A DNA stretch of 44,303 bases. It comes from Myxococcaceae bacterium (lineage in GTDB: Bacteria; Myxococcota; Myxococcia; Myxococcales; Myxococcaceae). Of this stretch, positions 16,366 through 24,533 are shown in pieces. Location: assembly GCA_022616315.1 (NCBI GenBank), contig JAKEEX010000143.1, positions 1 to 44,303 of the forward strand, in the 5' to 3' direction. The notes under the pieces are model-generated. The model had not been told where the DNA came from. It did no database searches and saw only the letters and a list, made by a program, of their open reading frames with translations. How positions within the stretch are numbered: the stretch's first letter is position 1; every line of letters begins with the position of its first letter. The position numbers were made by a program, and so were the translations under genes.

Positions 16366-16529
16366 CACTTGCCTCCGTGTAGGCCACCCACCCACAGCCA
16401 CCCGCCTCCCGGTCCACGCCGCGCGTCCGCGGGCACGCTGCCGCGCTCCCTCGACGCGAACGGCTCGTAGCCGGTGAAGAGCATGGCTCCGTAGAGGAGC
16501 AGCAGAAGTCCACCCACCACTCTCGTCAC
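16365..16529 (-). CDS. Candidate unlisted 54-codon membrane micro-ORF between the DUF4178 and DUF350 genes
   Basis: The GTG at 16529 immediately follows the TAA stop of the upstream gene (16530-16532). Its TGA overlaps the DUF350 ATG by 1 nt (TGATG). The product is VTRVVGGLLLLLYGAMLFTGYEPFASRERGSVPADARRGPGGGWLWVGGLHGGK. 43 of 54 codons end in G/C. It is below the size cut-off of the ORF track. Confidence 0.35.
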   Translation of the reverse strand: MTRVVGGLLLLLYGAMLFTGYEPFASRERGSVPADARRGPGGGWLWVGGLHGGK

Positions 16530-18425
16530 TTAAGCACCTCCTCCGAACATGCTCTCCGCCCACCGCGCCGACTCGAAGGAGGAGGCCCGCATGGCGCTGA
16601 GCAGCGGCAACAGCGCGAGGAGCCCCCAGAAGACGAACAGCCAGAGGGCCCGCGGCCCTGCCATGGCGAGCACCACACCGTAGCTCCGGTCTCCAGGCGC
16701 GGAGAAGAAGGGCGTCGTCCGGAGCACGTAGCGCCCCGGCGGCACCGCGGACACGAAGGCCGTGGCCTTGCGGTCTCCCTCGCTCCAGGCGCCCTCCTCG
16801 TCGCGGCCCTGGTAGAAGGACAGCTCCTCGTAGAAGGTGTTCACCGCGCCGGTCTCCTCGTTCACGAGGTCGCCCTGCACCCCGAGCCAGTCGTTGCTGA
16901 CCGGGCTCGTGAGCTCCACGCGGAGGTTGCCGCGTCCAGACACCTCGAAGGGTGCGCTGAAGTGCATGGCCTCGGGCGAGCCGCCCTGCGCGTCCCGCGG
17001 CACCGCCACCTCCTCCGTGAGGAGCACCCCGCTCCCGCTCCGAAGGGAGAAGAGGAAGAACAGGAGGAGGCCCAGGCCCGCGTAGAGCAACGCCCAGCGC
17101 GCGTTCCGCCCGGCGCGCCCCTTCATGGGGTTCGGCTGGCTTGGGGCAATCCCGCGCGGGGGCGGCAAGGGCTCCTTCAGCCCGAAGGCCTTCCGCACCC
17201 CGTCCGGAGGAAGGTAGGTCCCGTGCGCGTACGTCACCTCCTCCGGGGTCCGGTCCTCACTCACGGAGTACGGTGGCGCCACGTACTCGGTGGCCTCCGC
17301 CGTCTCCCCCGCGCGTACCTCCCAGTAGAACTCCCCCACCACCGACTCCGTGACGGCGGTGACGGACTGGAAGGGACGGTAGCGGCGGCCCTGGTAGTGC
17401 GCGGACACGCCGTGCACGACCGTGACGTCGCCCGCGGCGATGGGCAGCAGGTGCGTCCAGTGCCCCTCGGAGCAGAGGAGGAAGGAGAAGCCCTGCGCCG
17501 GATGGAAGAGGAGGTACTCCTCCCACGGGTAGCGCACGCCCTCCACCGTGCAGCTGCGCACCATGAAGCCGATGCACGTCCACGAGGTGCCCTGCAGCAC
17601 GCCCTTCGCCCCCAGCGGGATTCGCGGCGGGTGCTCGGGCGGCTCGAGCGCCTGGAGGAAGGCGAGCTTCCCGTGGGAGGCGTCCAGCAGCGCGCCACAC
17701 CACTGGCAGGCCACGCGGCGCGTGCGGTCCGGGGCCTTGAGCTCGAGCGGGCCATTGCACTGCGTGCAGCGCGCCTGCAGAAGCTTCACCTCGCGGCGAG
17801 GCGGTTGAAGGACGTCCGTGGGGAAGCCCAGCTCCGGAAGCTGCACGCGCCGGCCGAAGAAGGCCTCCGCGCCCACGCCACGCACGCCGAAGTCCAGCGA
17901 GAGGAACTCCCCGTGCGAGCCGGTGGCGTCCACCGCCACACCCTCCGGCGTGCCGGAGACGTCCGAGGGCAGCTGGCCCGCCGCGGCCACGATGCGCGCG
18001 CGGCGCACCTCCTCCACCGTGAAGCGACGACCGCGAAGGCTGAGGCGCTCGCCGGGGCGGAGGCTTGCGAGTGACAGACCCGCCTCCTCCCCCGCGGGAA
18101 ACAACAGGTGGAGCGCCCCCTCGGACTCCGAGAGCCACGCGGTGCGTCCGTCGTCGAACTGGGCGTACCACTCGTCCCACGGGCCCGCGCCGTGGTCCTT
18201 CTGCACGTGTCCGACGAGCCGGAAGTCGCTGCCGCCGTGCCGTCCCGACAGGCCCAGCCGCAGGGGCGTCTGTGTGTCCACCAGCGCCGAGACACGCCCC
18301 CGGGCGGTGAGGTGCTCGCCCTCACGCGCCACGACCGTCTGGCAGTGCGCGCAGACCACCACCCGCGCGCTCCCGGCCGTGAAGGCGAGGGACGCCCCAC
18401 ACGAGGGACAGCGGCCCTCCGTCAT
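16530..18425 (-). CDS. Duplicated zinc-ribbon + DUF4178 domain protein with two C-terminal TM segments
   Basis: ATG at 18425 with a GGGGAGGGG element upstream. There are two CxxC...CxxC ribbons (CPSCG...CAHCQ and CTQCN...CQWCG). Each is followed by a DUF4178-like segment (GPWDEWYAQFDDGRTAWLSE and YPWEEYLLFHPAQGFSFLL). The TM segments are ALLYAGLGLLLFFLFSL and ALWLFVFWGLLALLPLL. Confidence 0.75.
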   Translation of the reverse strand: MTEGRCPSCGASLAFTAGSARVVVCAHCQTVVAREGEHLTARGRVSALVDTQTPLRLGLSGRHGGSDFRLVGHVQKDHGAGPWDEWYAQFDDGRTAWLSESEGALHLLFPAGEEAGLSLASLRPGERLSLRGRRFTVEEVRRARIVAAAGQLPSDVSGTPEGVAVDATGSHGEFLSLDFGVRGVGAEAFFGRRVQLPELGFPTDVLQPPRREVKLLQARCTQCNGPLELKAPDRTRRVACQWCGALLDASHGKLAFLQALEPPEHPPRIPLGAKGVLQGTSWTCIGFMVRSCTVEGVRYPWEEYLLFHPAQGFSFLLCSEGHWTHLLPIAAGDVTVVHGVSAHYQGRRYRPFQSVTAVTESVVGEFYWEVRAGETAEATEYVAPPYSVSEDRTPEEVTYAHGTYLPPDGVRKAFGLKEPLPPPRGIAPSQPNPMKGRAGRNARWALLYAGLGLLLFFLFSLRSGSGVLLTEEVAVPRDAQGGSPEAMHFSAPFEVSGRGNLRVELTSPVSNDWLGVQGDLVNEETGAVNTFYEELSFYQGRDEEGAWSEGDRKATAFVSAVPPGRYVLRTTPFFSAPGDRSYGVVLAMAGPRALWLFVFWGLLALLPLLSAMRASSFESARWAESMFGGGA

Positions 18426-18564
18426 GCCCCTCCCCTTTTCGCGCTCAAGGCGCGCACGTCCTTAGCACGCAGAACATCCCACTCGTAGCACATCGGAATG
18501 TTGCACCTTGGTCGTTGAGGAGAGGGGGGTCACCCGGGTAGCCTGAACGCCACTCCGCTGGCCC

Positions 18565-20370
18565 ATGCCTCCCTCGTCCGACTCCACCACCGTCCGCCGC
18601 CCGCGGCTCTCCAGCAACGTCCCCGGCTACCGCCTCGAGAAGCTCGTGGGGCGCGGGGGAATGGGCGAGGTGCATCGCGCGGTGCAGCTGTCGCTCGGGC
18701 GCACGGTGGCGGTGAAGATTCTCGCCACGGAGCTCGCGCAGGAGCCGAGCTTCGTCAGCCGCTTCCGCAAGGAGGCCGCAGCGCTCGCGGCGCTCTCCCA
18801 CCCCAACGTCGTCGCGGTGGTGGACCAGGGGGACGCGGACGGCGTGCCCTACCTCGTCATGGAGTTCGTGGACGGGCCCAGCCTGCGCGAGGTGATGCGA
18901 GCCCCCCTCTTCGACACCCAGAGCGCGCTGCGCATCTTCCACGAGGTGGCGCGTGCCATCGCCTACGCACACGGGCGCGGCATCATCCACAGGGACCTGA
19001 AGCCCGAGAACATCCTCTTCGCCGAGCAGGCGGGGGGAATCGCCAAGGTGAGCGACTTCGGGCTCGCCGGCTTCCTCGAGGAGGGCAGCGGTCGCTTCGC
19101 CCTGACACAGACGCACATGTCCATGGGGACGGTGGCGTACATGGCGCCCGAGCAGCGCCTGGACGCCAAGAACGTGGATGGGCGCGCGGACATCTACGCG
19201 CTGGGCGTGGTGCTCTACGAGATGGTCACGGGCGAGGTGCCCATGGGCACCTTCGACCCGCCCTCGCAGCGCCGCGCGGGGCTGGACCCGCGCCTGGACG
19301 GCATCATCGCGCGCTGCCTCAAGCCCATCCCCGAAGAGCGCTTCCCCTCGGTGTCAGCCCTCCTCGCGGAGATGGAGCCGCTGCTCCCGGCAGACACGCG
19401 CAGCAACCTTCCCCCGCGCTCCACCCGCGTGCAGCGGGCCCGTGTCGCGGCGGTCGCCGTCGGGCGGATGGTGGGACGTGCCGCCGCGGCCCTCCTCGTC
19501 CTCGCGGCTGTCGGCGTGCTGGGCCTCGACATGCTGCGCGCCCGGAATGCCAAGGTGCCTGCGCCCGAGGCCGCGGTGCTGGGTGGACCCCTCGGCTCCC
19601 CCATGGCGCTCGGCGCCCAGGGGCGGATGGAGTCGGGAGGCCGCTGGCGCCAGGTGTCGCTCGGTGCGGGACCGGACCTCGTGCCGCTACTCGCCTCCGG
19701 CCGCGCGGTGCGCCAGGAGGGCGAGGCGCTCGTCTTCGACGCCCCGGTGGACGAGGCGCGTGCCGGCCGCGTGGTGGTGGACACGCTGGAGCCCGAGAGC
19801 GAGTGGCTCGAGTGGGTGGCCGTGGCCCGTGCCGCGACGCCACCGGAGGACTGGATGGCCACCACGCGCCGGGTGGTCTTCGGCCCCCGTCCGCCGGCCC
19901 AGGTGGGGCTGCTCCTGATGGGGGACCCGGGGCGCTTCGTGGCGCTCGTCGTCTCCGAGCACGAGGGCGAGGCCCGCCTCGAGTGGGCGCTGGGGGAGCG
20001 CCGCGGCGCCCAGCTCATCCCCGTCTCCATGTCCGCACAGCAGCCGCTGCGGATGGAGATGGAGATCTCGACCGAGGGAGAGCTGCGCGCCTTCCTCGGT
20101 GCGGAGCGCAACCGCCGTCCGGTGGGCGAGCCCTTGCAGCTCGGTGAGGACTGGCAGCGCCTGTTCGGCCGCCTGCCCCAGGCCGCGCTCGGCTGTCTGG
20201 AGGGCGAGTGCCGCTTCGACGGGCTCCGCTTCTCGGTGCGCCGGCCCGGGGCTCCCGTGGTTCCCGCCGTGGCGGTGGAGAAGGCCGCTCCCACACCCGC
20301 GGTCACCAAGCGTCCTGCGCCTCCCCCGGCGCCAGCGCCCAAGCGTACGCCCCCCCGCAAGCGTCGATGA
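18565..20370 (+). CDS. Hanks-type Ser/Thr protein kinase with one TM segment and an uncharacterised C-terminal domain
   Basis: Kinase motifs present: GRGGMGEV (G-loop), VAVKIL, HRDLKPENILF, DFGLA, and MAPEQ (the APE motif). The TM segment is AAALLVLAAVGVLGL. The tail is Pro-rich and basic. Confidence 0.9.
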   Translation: MPPSSDSTTVRRPRLSSNVPGYRLEKLVGRGGMGEVHRAVQLSLGRTVAVKILATELAQEPSFVSRFRKEAAALAALSHPNVVAVVDQGDADGVPYLVMEFVDGPSLREVMRAPLFDTQSALRIFHEVARAIAYAHGRGIIHRDLKPENILFAEQAGGIAKVSDFGLAGFLEEGSGRFALTQTHMSMGTVAYMAPEQRLDAKNVDGRADIYALGVVLYEMVTGEVPMGTFDPPSQRRAGLDPRLDGIIARCLKPIPEERFPSVSALLAEMEPLLPADTRSNLPPRSTRVQRARVAAVAVGRMVGRAAAALLVLAAVGVLGLDMLRARNAKVPAPEAAVLGGPLGSPMALGAQGRMESGGRWRQVSLGAGPDLVPLLASGRAVRQEGEALVFDAPVDEARAGRVVVDTLEPESEWLEWVAVARAATPPEDWMATTRRVVFGPRPPAQVGLLLMGDPGRFVALVVSEHEGEARLEWALGERRGAQLIPVSMSAQQPLRMEMEISTEGELRAFLGAERNRRPVGEPLQLGEDWQRLFGRLPQAALGCLEGECRFDGLRFSVRRPGAPVVPAVAVEKAAPTPAVTKRPAPPPAPAPKRTPPRKRR

Positions 20371-20443
20371 GTGGTGAAGCGGGGCTGCCGAATAGGCGCC
20401 CCGGGTGGCTGTTGAGGGCGGTCTGAACTATCCAGGGCCCCTC

Positions 20444-23400
20444 ATGCGCACCCGACTGGCAACCGTCCCCCTGCTGACCCTGCTGCTCCTGTCCGGCTGC
20501 GCCCATGGCCCGGCCTCGCCTACCCAGGTGCTGGAGGATGCCGCACGACGCGGGGTGCGCGGTGACGCACGCTCCACCGCGCTCGCGGGCTTCCACGCGC
20601 TGCTCGTGGAGGGCAAGCCCGGGGAGGCACAGTCGCTCTTCGACGCGGCGCTCGCGAAGGACGGCGCGGACGCCTACGCGCTGTGGGGACAGCACCTGAT
20701 GGCGCGCCGGCGGGCGCGTCCGGAGCTGGCGCTTGAGGCGGCGCTCACGCTGGTGGAGAAGGCCCCTGCGCATCCATTGAGCGCGCCGGCCGCGCGCTAC
20801 GTGCTGGACTGGGCGGGGCAGTCCTCGGTGGGCGATGACGCGCTGCTCGCGCGCGTGCCCCGGGCCCTCGGTGGGACGCGTGGAGACACCGCACAGCTCC
20901 TCCGCGCCTCGCTCGCCGCCATCCACGAGGCGCGCGGTGAGGAGCCTGCGTCGGCGGCGGACCTCGCGGCCCTCGGTGTGCCACGCGCCTTCACCGTGGT
21001 GGGCCCGCTGTCCGCCTACGAGTTGCTGGAGTACGACGCGCCGCTCGAGGCGGAGAAGACGGGCTCGCTCGCGGGCGCCTTCCAGGGCCCCTACGGTCCG
21101 GTGCACCCGCGCACCCTTCCCTTTCCGGATGGCCGCTTGAGCCTCGCGCACGAGGGCGCGCCGGGTGACGTGTACCTCGTCGCGGTGGACGTGGAGGTGC
21201 CCGAGGGTGGCACGTACGTGCTGCGCACGCTCACGCCCGCGGCCCACAAGGTGTACCTGGACGGAACGAAGGTGGTGGAGCGCCGGCCCTTCGCCCGCGC
21301 CGAGTCGTCCGTGTCCTCGCGCGGCGTGGACCTGTCCGCCGGCCGGCACCGCGTGCTCGTGAAGATGGTGCGCGGGGACCGCAGCGGCGTGCTGACGCTG
21401 GCGCTGATGCGGGCCGACGGGCGGCCCGCGCGTCTCACGCTCACGCCCGCCAGCGGCCCGGCGCCGCGCTGGAGCGGTGTGGGGCTCTCGGACGCGCCGC
21501 TCGTGTACCCGGAAGCTTCGGACCTCTACCGGGCGCTCCTGCCCGAGGCCGGAGACGCCCTGGCGCGCGTGCTCGCCGCGCGGGACGGCATGGGCCGTGA
21601 CCGTGACGGGGCCAAGCGCCTGCTGGCGCCGCTGGAGCCGGTGCTGACCTCACCCGCCTTCCTCGTGCTGCGCGCGGAGGTGGCCATGGGGGACCGGACC
21701 GTGCCCATCAAGGTGGCCCAGGGGCGCATCACGCGGGACCTGGAGGCCGCCGTCTCGAAGGACCCGGGCGAGGTGGCCGCCCACATGGCGCGTGCCCTCC
21801 TCGCGCTGGAGGCGGAGCGTCCGCTCGACGCGGCGGCGTCCCTCGAAGCGGCGCGCAAGGAGAGCAAGACGCCCGGGGCACCGGTCCTGATGACGCAGGC
21901 GCGGGTGGCGCTGGCGCTGGAGGTCGCGGCGCAGGCGGACGCGCGTGCGCGCGAGGCGCTCGAGGCCATGCCGGGCCTCTGCGAGGCAGCGGGGCTGCGC
22001 TACGACATCGCACGCCGTCGCGATGCGCTCGCGGAGGCAGAGGCGCTCCTGACCGGACCGCTCGCGCGCTGCCCGGGTGCGCTGGCCCGGACCGCCGAGC
22101 ACGCACGCCTGCGCGGCCGGACGGACCAGGCGGTGGCGGCGCTGCGGAAGCTCGCCGAGCGCGAGCCCACCTCGGTGGCGACGGCCGTCCAGCTCTCCCA
22201 GCTGCTCTCCGGCCTGGGCCGCCACGACGAGGCGGCGCGCGTGCTCGAGGGGATGCGCGCCTTCTGGCCGCGCAACGCGGGCGTGCTCAAGCGCCTGGCG
22301 GACGCGCGGGAGCTCGCGGGGGCCCTCGCGGAGGCGCTGGCGTTGCGCGAGGAGGCGCTGAGGCTGGACGGGACCGACCTGGCCCTGCGTCGCATCGTGG
22401 AGCGCGCGCGGACCGGCAAGGAGCTCCTGGCGGACGTGGCCATCGACGCGAAGGCAGCCATCGCGGCCTACGAGGCGAACCGCGGCAGCGAGGATGCGGC
22501 GGCGGTCTTCGTCCTGGACGCGGGCGCGGTGCGCGTCTACCCGGACGGCACGCAGATCAACCGCATCCACACCATCCAGAAGGTGCTGCAGCAGAGCGGC
22601 GTGGACGAGGTGGCGGAGGCGAGCCTCCCCCCGGGTGCGCAGGTGCTGGCGCTGCGCACGCTCAAGGCGGACGGGCGCGTGCTCGAGCCGGAGGTCATCG
22701 AGGGCAAGGACTCGGTGAGCCTGCCGGGCGTGCAGGTGGGTGACTACGTGCAGACGGAGTACCTGCTGGTGGAGGGCCCACGCGCTCCCGGCCAGCCGGG
22801 CTTCGCGGCCTCGCCCTTCTACTTCCAGATTGCGCGGCAGCCGAACGCCTGGACGACGTACACCGTCATCGCGCCGCGCGAGCTCGGGATGCAGGTGGAC
22901 GCGCACAACGTGAAGGCCGCGGCCGTGCGGCGCGACGGAGAGCTGGACGTCTTCGTGCACGAGCAGCGGCACGTGCCGCCCTACATCCCCGAGCCGGACG
23001 GTCCCCCTTCCGGGAACGAGTACCTGCCCTTCGTGCAGGTGGGTGCGGGCGCGCAGGGACTGGAGTCGCTGGTGCGCGTGTACTCGGACGCGTTCCTGGA
23101 GAACGGCGCCCTCACCTTCGAGCTGGAGCGCTTCGCGCGCGAGGCCGCAGGGGACAGGAGGGGCGTCGAGGCGGTGCAGGCCGTGTACGAGGCGGTGTCG
23201 CGGCGGATGACGGGGCGTGACGGGGGGCTGACGCAGCCCGCGGCGGCCTCGCTCGCCACCGAGCGCGGCAGCAGGCTGTGGGTGATGAAGGCGGCGCTCG
23301 AGGCGGTGGGTGTGCCCACGCGCCTGGCGCTGGTGCGCACCTTCCACACGGACCCGGCCGAGTACCGCTTCCCCAATGCGGCGCTGCTCACCTACGTGGC

Positions 23401-24205
23401 GCTGCGCGCCGAGGTGCCGGGGCATGGGCCCGTGTGGCTGGACCCGGCCGTGCGCTTCGCACCCTTCGGCGAGCTGCCCGAGGCGGCCTCGGGCCAGGAG
23501 GCCTACCTGATGCCGGAGCCCGGGCGCGCGCTGGAGAAGGTGCGCACGCCGGAGCCGTCCACGAAGGAGGGCAAGCAGGTGACGCTGAAGCTGAAGCTCG
23601 ACGAGGACGGAACCCTCAGCGGGACGGGCGTGGAGTTCTTCCGTGGCTTCGAGGCGGCGCAGCTGGCCGAGGCGCTGGAGTCCATGGCGCCGGACAAGCG
23701 CAAGCAGGCCGTGGAGCAGAACCTCTCGCGCTACTTCGGCGGGGCGGAGCTGTCCTCGCTCGAGGTGGACATGAAGCGCGAGGTGGGTGGCACGGTGACG
23801 CTGCGCTATGGGCTGAAGGCGCCACGCGCCGCGCACCTGGAGGGTGAGGGCCGCATGGTCCTGTCTCCCGTCACGTTCCCGGCCGCGCTGGGCCGCCGCT
23901 TCGTCTCCGCGGGCAAGCGCAGCACACCGCTCTTCGTGGAGGGCGTCGAGGAGTCGTCGACGCGGGTGACGCTGGAGCTTCCGCAGGGGTGGAAGCTGTC
24001 GTCGCTGGTGCCGCCGATGTCCGAGAAGACGCCCTTCGGCGACTTCCGCCGTGCGGAGAAGCTCGAGGGCAACGTCCTCACCATCGACGAGGCCTACCGG
24101 CTGGAGCGGGGACGCGTGAGCCCGGAGGCCTACGCCGGCTTCACGCACTTCGCGGGCAACCTGGACCTCCTGCAGACACGGGACTTCACGCTGGTGAAGC
24201 AGTAG
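20444..24205 (+). CDS. Large lipoprotein: TPR-like helical N-terminal half plus DUF3857/transglutaminase-like C-terminal half lacking the catalytic Cys and His
   Basis: ATG at 20444 gives MRTRLATVPLLTLLLLSGCAHG, with the lipobox LSGC. The C-terminal half aligns by eye with the 1..1614 product. There, GDCKDKASL corresponds to ERGSRLWVM and FNHAILYV to PNAALLTYV. Confidence 0.75.
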   Translation: MRTRLATVPLLTLLLLSGCAHGPASPTQVLEDAARRGVRGDARSTALAGFHALLVEGKPGEAQSLFDAALAKDGADAYALWGQHLMARRRARPELALEAALTLVEKAPAHPLSAPAARYVLDWAGQSSVGDDALLARVPRALGGTRGDTAQLLRASLAAIHEARGEEPASAADLAALGVPRAFTVVGPLSAYELLEYDAPLEAEKTGSLAGAFQGPYGPVHPRTLPFPDGRLSLAHEGAPGDVYLVAVDVEVPEGGTYVLRTLTPAAHKVYLDGTKVVERRPFARAESSVSSRGVDLSAGRHRVLVKMVRGDRSGVLTLALMRADGRPARLTLTPASGPAPRWSGVGLSDAPLVYPEASDLYRALLPEAGDALARVLAARDGMGRDRDGAKRLLAPLEPVLTSPAFLVLRAEVAMGDRTVPIKVAQGRITRDLEAAVSKDPGEVAAHMARALLALEAERPLDAAASLEAARKESKTPGAPVLMTQARVALALEVAAQADARAREALEAMPGLCEAAGLRYDIARRRDALAEAEALLTGPLARCPGALARTAEHARLRGRTDQAVAALRKLAEREPTSVATAVQLSQLLSGLGRHDEAARVLEGMRAFWPRNAGVLKRLADARELAGALAEALALREEALRLDGTDLALRRIVERARTGKELLADVAIDAKAAIAAYEANRGSEDAAAVFVLDAGAVRVYPDGTQINRIHTIQKVLQQSGVDEVAEASLPPGAQVLALRTLKADGRVLEPEVIEGKDSVSLPGVQVGDYVQTEYLLVEGPRAPGQPGFAASPFYFQIARQPNAWTTYTVIAPRELGMQVDAHNVKAAAVRRDGELDVFVHEQRHVPPYIPEPDGPPSGNEYLPFVQVGAGAQGLESLVRVYSDAFLENGALTFELERFAREAAGDRRGVEAVQAVYEAVSRRMTGRDGGLTQPAAASLATERGSRLWVMKAALEAVGVPTRLALVRTFHTDPAEYRFPNAALLTYVALRAEVPGHGPVWLDPAVRFAPFGELPEAASGQEAYLMPEPGRALEKVRTPEPSTKEGKQVTLKLKLDEDGTLSGTGVEFFRGFEAAQLAEALESMAPDKRKQAVEQNLSRYFGGAELSSLEVDMKREVGGTVTLRYGLKAPRAAHLEGEGRMVLSPVTFPAALGRRFVSAGKRSTPLFVEGVEESSTRVTLELPQGWKLSSLVPPMSEKTPFGDFRRAEKLEGNVLTIDEAYRLERGRVSPEAYAGFTHFAGNLDLLQTRDFTLVKQ

Positions 24206-24222
24206 GGTCAGAGGCCCCAATC

Positions 24223-24528
24223 ATGTTGAATACCCCCACCGGACGTCTGCGCACCATTGGCTGGATCGAGGGCGCATCCTTCCTCATCCTCCTCTTCATC
24301 GCGATGCCCCTGAAGTACTTCGCAGGGATGCCGCTCGCGGTGAAGTGGGTGGGCTGGGCTCACGGCTTCCTGTTCGTGCTCTACCTGATGGCCCTGGGGC
24401 ACGCAGCAAGTGAGCCGGGGTGGACGATGCGGCGCATCTCCCTGGCGCTGGTCGCCTCGGTGTTGCCCTTCGGGCCCTTCGTCTTCGACGCGCACCTGCG
24501 GAGGGAGGAGCGCGGCCTCAGCGTCTGA
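24223..24528 (+). CDS. DUF3817-family small integral membrane protein
   Basis: ATG at 24223. The product is 101 aa: LRTIGWIEGASFLILLFIAMPLKYFAGMPLAVKWVGWAHGFLFVLYL...VLPFGPFVFD, which is the characteristic DUF3817 pattern. Confidence 0.8.
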   Translation: MLNTPTGRLRTIGWIEGASFLILLFIAMPLKYFAGMPLAVKWVGWAHGFLFVLYLMALGHAASEPGWTMRRISLALVASVLPFGPFVFDAHLRREERGLSV

Positions 24529-24533
24529 GGCGC

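Noticed and set aside
18426-18564. Divergent 139-nt region between the DUF4178 operon and the kinase gene, scanned on both strands for sigma-54 (TGGCAC-N5-TTGC) and sigma-70-like elements.
   Set aside because: The nearest candidates (TGGCGTTCAGGCTAC on the minus strand, and the context of TTGCAC on the plus strand) have the wrong GG-GC spacing. No promoter call could be supported.
18445-19116. 223-aa minus-strand ORF.
   Set aside because: It is antisense to the catalytic domain of the Ser/Thr kinase, whose motifs are unambiguous.
21650-24220. 856-aa minus-strand ORF.
   Set aside because: It is antisense to the large TPR/transglutaminase-like lipoprotein gene, has no motifs and has a shadow composition.
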